Positions 15,531 through 22,103 of a stretch of 22,103 nt of DNA are shown here, piece after piece (positions within the stretch are counted from its first letter, which is position 1; every line of letters begins with the position of its first letter). The stretch spans positions 1 to 22,103 of the forward strand of contig JAOZIF010000018.1 of NCBI GenBank assembly GCA_026014495.1, written 5' to 3'. Under the pieces are notes generated by a model. The model made no database searches, had not been told where the DNA came from, and saw only the letters and a list, made by a program, of their open reading frames with translations. Source of the DNA: Candidatus Bathyarchaeum sp. GTDB taxonomy: Archaea; Thermoproteota; Bathyarchaeia; Bathyarchaeales; Bathyarchaeaceae. The position numbers and the translations under genes were made by a program.

Positions 15531-16511
15531 ATGGAACCTGATAAACTAGATTTAGCTAAACTCTTGCCAGAAGCTCGTGCTTTAGTTTCTAAAGTTGTCC
15601 AAAATAACATGGCTGAAGGCATCCTATTTTCAGCTGGAACTGACACGAGCATAATAGCCTATGAAGCAGTAAAATTTGACCCAAATATTAAGGCTATAAC
15701 TGTTTCTTTCAAACAAGGAAAACCTAAGGACACAGAATACGTTAAGAAAATGGTAGATTTTCTCAAACTAGACCACGAATTCCACATATTTGAAGTCGAA
15801 GACGTAATTAATGCTGCAAAAGACGTTGTCAAAGTGCTGAAAACTTTTGATCCAATGGATGTGAGAAACACTCTTCCAGCATACATCGGATTAACTGTAG
15901 CAAAAAAGAAAGGCATCAAAAGTGTTCTCACTGGTGACGCTTTAGACGAACTCTTTGGGTATCCGTGGCAATTTCATTTATCCGAAACCGATTTCGCAAA
16001 AGCTCTCTCTGATATGTGGGGCGAAATGACCTTTTCTTCAACACCAATGGGGAATTCTGTTGGTATAACAGTAAAACAGCCCTATCTGGATCCGCTATTC
16101 ATGGATTACGCTAAAAAGCTCCCTGTTAATCTAAAAGTAAACTTTGAAAACGGAGTAAAATATGGTAAATGGTTGCTTCGTAAGGCGTATGATGGCTTTA
16201 TTCCAGATGAAGTAGTTTGGCGAGGAAAAGCACCCTTAGAACAAGGAACTGGAACTTGGGTTTTGCCTGATTACTTTGACAAAGAAATCTCAACTGACGA
16301 TTTTGAAGAAAAAAAGAAACTTTACCTCGACCAAGATGACGTGATACTTACATCCAAAGAGCAACTTGTATACTACGAAACTTTCAGAGAATTATTCGGA
16401 AAGCCCTCTGAAGTATATGCTGATTCATCTGGAAGACAATGTCCCAAGTGTAAAGGATACGTCAAAACAAAAGTTGGTTTCTGCAGAATTTGTGGAAACT
16501 ATCCCATCTAA
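15531..16511 (+). CDS. Asparagine-synthetase-like ATP pyrophosphatase (synthetase domain only, no glutaminase) with a C-terminal Zn ribbon
   Basis: LFSAGTDTS (PP-loop variant), VLTGDALDELFGY, KWLLRKA, WRGKAPLEQGTG; ends CPKC-x10-CRICG; GGAG SD. Confidence 0.85.
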   Translation: MEPDKLDLAKLLPEARALVSKVVQNNMAEGILFSAGTDTSIIAYEAVKFDPNIKAITVSFKQGKPKDTEYVKKMVDFLKLDHEFHIFEVEDVINAAKDVVKVLKTFDPMDVRNTLPAYIGLTVAKKKGIKSVLTGDALDELFGYPWQFHLSETDFAKALSDMWGEMTFSSTPMGNSVGITVKQPYLDPLFMDYAKKLPVNLKVNFENGVKYGKWLLRKAYDGFIPDEVVWRGKAPLEQGTGTWVLPDYFDKEISTDDFEEKKKLYLDQDDVILTSKEQLVYYETFRELFGKPSEVYADSSGRQCPKCKGYVKTKVGFCRICGNYPI

Positions 16512-16572
16512 AGAGCTGCCTGTTTTGTAGTGCAGCATCTAATCTTCTTTTTGTTTTGTTAAAAAAAGGAAA

Positions 16573-17508
16573 TTAAAGGTAGATTACAAACTCTAGCCGT
16601 TCAACCAACTCTTTATACCTGTTTCGTATGGTTACTTCTGTTACCTGAGCAATTTCCGCAATTTCTCTTTGAGTTTTTCTTTCTCCTGTCAAAACCGACG
16701 CGATGTAACTTGCTGCTGCAGCTATGCCCGTTGGGCCTCTGCCGGATGTGAGTTTTAGTTCTTTAGCGGTACCCAGAATCTTGTGGGCTATTTCTTCGAC
16801 CTTTCCTTGCATGGTCAACTGGTTAGAAAACTTGGTTATGTACTGGCTTGGTTTTAGTGGTGGAATGAAATAGTTAAGTTCTTTTATCAAGAAGCGGTAG
16901 CTTCGCCCAACTTCTTTCTTGTTTACGGTAGAAGCTTGAGCAATTTCATCTAACGTTCTGGCTACTCCACACTGGCGACAGGCCACGTAAATAGCTGCTG
17001 CAGTTACGCCCTGAATCGACCTGCCCCTGATGAGGCGCTCTTTAACAGCTTTACGGTAGATAACCGAAGCAGTTTCAAGAATACTCTTTGGCAAATTAAG
17101 ATTGTTTGCTATCTTGGATATCTCAGAAAGAGCAAATGCAAGATTCCTTTCTGTGGCATCGGAGACCCTGATGCGTCGTTGCCATTTCCGTAACCTGTAA
17201 ATCTGAGCCTTCTGACCTGGAGCGAGTCTCTTGCCGTAAACGTCTCGGTCGTGCCAGTCAATCATGGTTGATAAGCCTTTATCGTGAATTGTGAATGTAA
17301 GTGGAGCACCTGCTCTTGCGCGTTTAGCGCGTTGTTCATCATCAAATGCCCGCCACTCTGGTCCTTGATCTGCAAGTTTAGCAGCGACGACGAAACCACA
17401 ACCCATGCAAACTATTTCCGCGCATTCGTAGTCTCGCATTAAGCGGTTGCTTCCGCATTCTGGGCACTTTCGAATCCTTGGAGCTTGTGGGAGGTTTTCT
17501 TCTTTCAT
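16573..17508 (-). CDS. tfb: Transcription initiation factor IIB
   Basis: CPECGS...CMGCG Zn ribbon, GPEWRAF B-reader, two cyclin repeats, [17 protein letters not shown]. Confidence 0.98.
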   Translation of the reverse strand: MKEENLPQAPRIRKCPECGSNRLMRDYECAEIVCMGCGFVVAAKLADQGPEWRAFDDEQRAKRARAGAPLTFTIHDKGLSTMIDWHDRDVYGKRLAPGQKAQIYRLRKWQRRIRVSDATERNLAFALSEISKIANNLNLPKSILETASVIYRKAVKERLIRGRSIQGVTAAAIYVACRQCGVARTLDEIAQASTVNKKEVGRSYRFLIKELNYFIPPLKPSQYITKFSNQLTMQGKVEEIAHKILGTAKELKLTSGRGPTGIAAAASYIASVLTGERKTQREIAEIAQVTEVTIRNRYKELVERLEFVIYL

Positions 17509-17762
17509 CTTTTTTTCCTCTTGTTTCTTCCGCCTTTAGAGGGGACTACGTAAAGAACTTGATTTACGAATTGTTCTGGACTTTGGATGTTTGTTTTCAC
17601 AGCCACATAGGGGGATGATGTTGAACCGAAGACGTCAAAAACTGTTCCCATATGTTTGAGTTTTTCATTTGCAACTTCGTCGCCGATGCGAGGAATATTT
17701 TCAGCTTTAAGAATCATATTTTTTGTCTTGCTTACATGAAGGACGTGACCTATTCTGTGCAA
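17505..17762 (-). CDS. gar1: H/ACA RNP protein Gar1
   Basis: [21 protein letters not shown]...PYVAVK; ATGA overlap with tfb, a conserved archaeal gene pair. Confidence 0.92.
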   Translation of the reverse strand: MHRIGHVLHVSKTKNMILKAENIPRIGDEVANEKLKHMGTVFDVFGSTSSPYVAVKTNIQSPEQFVNQVLYVVPSKGGRNKRKKR

Positions 17763-18060
17763 AACCCTTTTTCCCCTCGCAAAACCTATGTTTCACACGG
17801 ACCGCTTTATTTAAACTTTTCTGGGAGCTATCTCCAGTTTGTAACGTCTATTCTTTTTTTTGAAATTTTTTTTAGATGCTACAAGAATTTTAAACTAAAT
17901 TTCATCTTATAAATTGTTGATTTAGATGCATTTTGCGCGAAAAAGCCCGTATATTCTCTGGGCTTTTGTGTTCAAAACACTTCTTATTCATCATTTGATG
18001 AACCACAATAACAACCGCAACTATTAAAACGCTATAACTCGTTTAGCAAATCTGATCGAA

Positions 18061-18345
18061 ATGCGTAAACAAAACAAGATTTTTCTTTGGTCAATTTACT
18101 TTGACGCAAACAAAACCCGAAACGATGGGCGAAGAGTTCCAAAGAAGCTCGCTGTGTCTGCACCAAAAGTGGAGGAAATTAAAGTAGTAGCGCAAAAGTT
18201 AGGTCTGCGGCCTGAGATTTTTTCTGGTGCTGCGCATCCCAGTTTTTCGTGGCAAAAAACTGGTCTACTTGTAATCCCCAAAACTGAATCGAAAGGTGCA
18301 ACTATAAAAAATATTGCAAAAGAGCTTTGTAGCTTGCGACGATAA
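18061..18345 (+). CDS. srp19: Signal recognition particle 19 kDa protein
   Basis: IFLWSIYFDANKTRNDGRRVPKKLAV...P...EI...LGL...HP..W...G pattern. Confidence 0.95.
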   Translation: MRKQNKIFLWSIYFDANKTRNDGRRVPKKLAVSAPKVEEIKVVAQKLGLRPEIFSGAAHPSFSWQKTGLLVIPKTESKGATIKNIAKELCSLRR

Positions 18346-18353
18346 AACTGTTG

Positions 18354-18746
18354 TTATGCGCCCTTTTTGGTTACTAGAATCGCGTTTACAATTCCGTCTT
18401 GTCCCGGGCGTGATGTTACTCGGGCTGTTCCCAATGATGTTGCAATCATTGTTCCTTTTGTGATTACTCCTCGTCTGTCGTAGTCTACGTTTGCTGGGTT
18501 CTCTATTACACGAAGTATTTCTACTTTTGAGGTTTTTCCAGCAGCATCAGAGATGTTTGCCTGGTTCACTGCTAGCAGTCGAACCTTCTCGTTACCTCCA
18601 TGCTTTCGAATGGTTTTGCTTTTATTTTTGCCCAGTGCAGTTTCTGCTGGGAAAAAGCCAGCTTCATATCTTCTTTTCTTGCGGTTCGCTATTTTCCTTC
18701 CGCCAGAATCTTTGCGCTTATGTTGATCTCCGTGCCATACTGACAA
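18354..18746 (-). CDS. rps8e: 30S ribosomal protein S8e
   Basis: WHGDQHKRKDSGG, IRKHGGNEKVRL, NPANVDYDRRGVITKG, VTSRPGQDGIVNA. Confidence 0.97.
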   Translation of the reverse strand: MSVWHGDQHKRKDSGGRKIANRKKRRYEAGFFPAETALGKNKSKTIRKHGGNEKVRLLAVNQANISDAAGKTSKVEILRVIENPANVDYDRRGVITKGTMIATSLGTARVTSRPGQDGIVNAILVTKKGA

Positions 18747-18803
18747 GCTTACATCATCTCATAGGTCTGTTGAGACTAGCAAAACTTGACATATAAGCTT
18801 ATC

Positions 18804-19406
18804 TTATTCTGCTTTTTCGGGGTTCATTGTTTCTTCGGTTTTAGGCTTTTCTACATCTTTGAATATCGTTTTTAGTTGCCGTTTCATGGTTCGAAGATCG
18901 TGACTTAAACCAAAAAAGTCCGCGAAAAACGGTGTTGTTTTTATGAACCTTTTTTTTCCAACCCCTTCGCGACTGATTAATTCCATGTCTTCTAGTTGTT
19001 TAAGATGACCGTAAGAATGGTTTCCTCTAACATCGATGACTTGTGTCTGAAGAATTGGTTGCCTAAACGCAATGTATGATAATGTTTTTAGTGGACCTGC
19101 AGAAAGGAGCGGTCTTGTAGCTAGTTTTCTGACTTTACCTGTGTAATCTGCTTTAAGTTGCATAACAAACCGCTCGCCTTCCAGTTCAAGAATTTCAATG
19201 GCTGTATCTCGGTTCTTGTAATTTTCCACTAATGTTTTTGCAAGTTTTCTGACCTTTTTTTTCGAGCGTGATCCTGCTACGCCTGCTATTGTCCTTAGGT
19301 CAAGGGGGCGTCCTGCTACGTAGAGTCCTGCTTCAACTAAGGCTAGTTGATGAGCAATTTTTTCATTTTTTTGTGGTTCAGATTGGTTCTGTTCGTTTTC
19401 CGTCAA
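18804..19406 (-). CDS. scpB: SMC-associated kite subunit ScpB
   Basis: VEAGLYVAGRPL, LKTLSYIAFRQPI...IDVRG...HLKQLEDMELI, TTPFFADFFGL; downstream of scpA. Confidence 0.93.
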   Translation of the reverse strand: MTENEQNQSEPQKNEKIAHQLALVEAGLYVAGRPLDLRTIAGVAGSRSKKKVRKLAKTLVENYKNRDTAIEILELEGERFVMQLKADYTGKVRKLATRPLLSAGPLKTLSYIAFRQPILQTQVIDVRGNHSYGHLKQLEDMELISREGVGKKRFIKTTPFFADFFGLSHDLRTMKRQLKTIFKDVEKPKTEETMNPEKAE

Positions 19407-20070
19407 AGACAGGGTCTCCTATGACTGTTATGTAAAGTTCTTCTATATCTTCCTCTTGCCATAACCCTATCTTTCCTCTTTGGGCGAGAAACAAGAGAAT
19501 TATGAATGTTTTGACTGCTTCAATTTTTTCTAGCCCTGCAACGAGTTTAGAGAATGCTAACAGTTCTCCAGTGCCTACAAGCTGAAGGAGTTGCTCATAA
19601 AGGCTCTTCATGTGGTCTTCGATTTGCAGTAAATACATGTCGATTGGCGGAATTATTTCTGGGGTGGGCAAGATTGGTTCTGGCAGTTTTGGTGGTCGGA
19701 CGCTTTCGCTTTTTAGTACTTCATCTAGTACATTTAGCAGGTTGTCTATGGTAGTTGAGGATAGCTCGTAACGAAGAGGCAGAAATATTGGTGGTGGAAT
19801 AAAATCTGGCATCATTTTAGGTGGTGGTGGGGGTTCTTCTAGTTTTAGTAGTAGTTTGGTTTTTCTGAGGTATATTGTGCTGGAAGACTCTAATGCCATT
19901 CCTGAGGCTCTGAAATCTACTTCACCTTGTTCTTCCATTTCCTCTAAAAACATGGTTAACAGGTAAGCAATGTTGACTTCCCATGGAAGTATCTTCTCTA
20001 GTTTATGAATCTCAAATAGTATACTCAATGGCGGCTGGAAATAAAATGGCTTTTTCATGGTTTGGGGCAT
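19378..20070 (-). CDS. scpA: Kleisin subunit ScpA
   Basis: LPWEVNIAYL, DFRASGMAL..S..YLRKT N-terminal helices; C-terminal winged helix TFIILLFLAQRGKIGLWQEE..ELYI; TGATG coupling to smc. Confidence 0.9.
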   Translation of the reverse strand: MPQTMKKPFYFQPPLSILFEIHKLEKILPWEVNIAYLLTMFLEEMEEQGEVDFRASGMALESSSTIYLRKTKLLLKLEEPPPPPKMMPDFIPPPIFLPLRYELSSTTIDNLLNVLDEVLKSESVRPPKLPEPILPTPEIIPPIDMYLLQIEDHMKSLYEQLLQLVGTGELLAFSKLVAGLEKIEAVKTFIILLFLAQRGKIGLWQEEDIEELYITVIGDPVFDGKRTEPI

Positions 20071-22103
20071 CAGGCAGCAGCCTCCTTTATTTTTGCTGAG
20101 ACCACATGAGAGTATCCTTTACGTTCATAGATTCCCCAAACTTTCTTGGCTTTGCTGACCATCTCTGGCTTCAAAGTTATTGCTACAAACTGAGATTTCG
20201 AAGACAATTCAACAAAAAGGTCTCCCAATCTTGATACGTGAAATGCGTCAAGGTGTGCGTCGATTTCGTCGAAAACGTAGAATGCTGTGGGCATGAAGTC
20301 CTGAAGCGCAAAAATGAATGCAACAGCGGACACTGATCTTTCTCCACTGCTGGCTCCGCTTACAAGAATTGATGCTTTATTTCTAAACTGGACAAGCATG
20401 TCCATTCCACCCGCAAATGGGTCTTCAGGGTTCTCAAGTATAAGCGACGCTTCTCCCCCTCCTGTTATTTTCGTGAAATACTTTTTGAAGCTATCGTTAA
20501 TTTTTTCGAAAGCTTCCATGAAAACTGCACGTTTTTTCTTCTCAATTTCATCCATGAACGCAAGGATGGACTGTTTTTCTTTCTCAAGTTCGTTCATGCG
20601 TATGGACAGTTCTTTGTACCGCGAAGCCTGTTCCGCATAGTGGTCTAATGACAGTTGGTTTACTGCGCCGAGTCGACTTAGTTCAAGGCGTAACTGCCTG
20701 AGGGATGTTTCGGCGGTTTCTAGTTGTTCTTGTGAAATTGGCAAAGGTTTATCGTAGCCAAGTTCGGCTAATCTTTGGTTGTGTTGTTCTAGTTTCATTT
20801 GGTTTGTTTGAAGGTTAAATTGTAGTTCGTTATAGAGCCTGTCTGAACGTTCATACACGGAATCTAATTGGCGTAATTTCTTGTCTATGTCATCAATTTG
20901 AACTGTGTATTTTTTTGATTCCTGTTTTGCGTTCAAAACAGTTCGAGACATCTCTTCTTTGTTGTTTTCCAGTTCCAAAAGCTTTTGTTCTAACGTTTCT
21001 CTTTCTTTGGTTGCTGCATTAACCTCATTTTCTACCGTTATAATCTGTGACTTCATTTTTCGCAACTGGATTCTAATGTTGTCCGCGCCTACTTTTAGTA
21101 TGTTTCCAAACTTGGATTCAAGAGTTGCAAGATTAGTTTCTACGCTCCCCATAATTTGACGAGATTTGATAATCTCTTCTCCTAAGTTTTCTCGTTGAAT
21201 CTCCATCTCCTGAATCTTGGATGTATCCGTTTTTAGACGTAACTCATCTAATTCCTCGCGAAGCTTTTCCATCTCTTTATTTAGCTCGTTACGCTGTAAT
21301 CTTAAATTCCCTAACTTAGTTTTTTCTTCTTCTCGTTTTTCTTTTATTCTTGACAAATGTTTCTCGATGCGTTTGACATTTTGTCTTGTAATTTTGACGT
21401 TTTGTCGGACCCTTCCAATTTCTCCCCCTAACGTCACAATTGTTTCAGCCAAGGTGGCAATTTCTAATTTTATTGCTTCAATTTCTTCTTCAAAGCCGCT
21501 TATGTCGCTCTCCCTTTTTGACAAGTGACGTTTAAGTGCTCCCACTGCTTCATCCAAGCTCTTTACTGCTGTCTCACTGGGAATAATCGAAGAATAGTCA
21601 ACTGGGGCACGATAATAACCGCTTTCGAAACCGCCCTGTGACTCGTAAAGGTCTCCATTAACGGTGACTGTTCGGTTACCGTTTCGCGAAGCAGCAAGGG
21701 CAGTTTTTTCGTCATTTGTTACAAGTGTATCTCCAAAGACAAATCTTATTGCTGGTTCAACTTTTTTGGAGCACCTGACAAAATTTGAGGCAGTGCCGTT
21801 AATTCCTCTAATCGAGGGGATGTTAATGGACGTGATTTCGGATATTTCGTCAAGGGGAATTATCTTGATTCTGCCCAGTTTCATGCGTTTTAGTGTTTCA
21901 GCACACATGAATGCCGCGTCAAAGTTTTCAACAACCATGGCATCAAGCCATCCCGCAGCTGCTGCTTCTACTGCGCGTTTATATCCCCTTTCAACTTTGA
22001 TCAATTCTTTGAGGCGACCGTGAACCCCTTTAATTACGCCCAAATCCGCCATCTCTTCAATGTTCCTGAGCGCGTTTTCTTCTGTTGCAACTTTTTCTGC
22101 CAT
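20070..22103 (-). CDS. smc: Chromosome segregation protein Smc, C-terminal ~677 aa (hinge half, coiled coil, C-terminal head); 5'-truncated by the window
   Basis: Hinge motifs GVHGRL.ELI, FVFGDTLV, VTVNGDL...GG..SGY; long coiled coil; LGAVNQL; Walker B/D-loop FYVFDEIDAHLD. The Met at 22103 is internal. Confidence 0.96.
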   Translation of the reverse strand: MAEKVATEENALRNIEEMADLGVIKGVHGRLKELIKVERGYKRAVEAAAAGWLDAMVVENFDAAFMCAETLKRMKLGRIKIIPLDEISEITSINIPSIRGINGTASNFVRCSKKVEPAIRFVFGDTLVTNDEKTALAASRNGNRTVTVNGDLYESQGGFESGYYRAPVDYSSIIPSETAVKSLDEAVGALKRHLSKRESDISGFEEEIEAIKLEIATLAETIVTLGGEIGRVRQNVKITRQNVKRIEKHLSRIKEKREEEKTKLGNLRLQRNELNKEMEKLREELDELRLKTDTSKIQEMEIQRENLGEEIIKSRQIMGSVETNLATLESKFGNILKVGADNIRIQLRKMKSQIITVENEVNAATKERETLEQKLLELENNKEEMSRTVLNAKQESKKYTVQIDDIDKKLRQLDSVYERSDRLYNELQFNLQTNQMKLEQHNQRLAELGYDKPLPISQEQLETAETSLRQLRLELSRLGAVNQLSLDHYAEQASRYKELSIRMNELEKEKQSILAFMDEIEKKKRAVFMEAFEKINDSFKKYFTKITGGGEASLILENPEDPFAGGMDMLVQFRNKASILVSGASSGERSVSAVAFIFALQDFMPTAFYVFDEIDAHLDAFHVSRLGDLFVELSSKSQFVAITLKPEMVSKAKKVWGIYERKGYSHVVSAKIKEAAA

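Noticed and set aside
15128-16511. Classical lasso peptide cluster
   Set aside because: No Asp/Glu in the putative core, no YxxPxL leader motif, and no RRE or B2 protease adjacent. Kept only as a non-classical hypothesis.
17652-17912. 86-aa plus-strand ORF
   Set aside because: Overlaps gar1 antisense; Phe-rich composition reflects a T-rich promoter region.
1-22103. CRISPR arrays, tRNA/rRNA genes, IS elements, integrases
   Set aside because: No regularly spaced direct repeats, cloverleafs, terminal inverted repeats or transposase/integrase motifs seen by eye; a covariance-model search would be needed to exclude small ncRNAs.

Overview
Archaeal chromosomal window, inferred to be TACK and most likely Bathyarchaeia (TFB, Gar1, SRP19, S8e, Smc-ScpA-ScpB, Hdr/MvhD, Cren7-like protein, GGTGA/GGAG ribosome-binding sites, many TTG starts). 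Left to right: the end of an hdrA-mvhD fusion with hdrC and hdrB; a bacterial-type (class I) gap followed by an archaeal-type pgk; a 946-aa membrane-anchored surface protein with four CARDB/Ig-like repeats and an uncharacterised ~430-aa C-terminal domain; a NapH/MauN-like membrane polyferredoxin; a CaCA cation exchanger; an ACT-ACT-SerB phosphatase; a three-gene ArsB/NhaD-superfamily permease operon; a Cren7-like Zn-ribbon protein fused to a coiled coil; a divergent unit made of an unannotated 33-aa ORF, a Zn-ribbon protein and a glutaminase-less asparagine-synthetase-like enzyme; then the housekeeping block tfb-gar1, srp19, rps8e, scpB-scpA-smc (smc truncated by the window). I saw no CRISPR array, tRNA/rRNA or mobile element. 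The strongest leads are the small-peptide / Zn-ribbon / AsnB-like unit (15128-16511), the Cren7-coiled-coil fusion, the class I GAPDH and the surface protein's uncharacterised domain. All family assignments come from motif recognition, not database searches.
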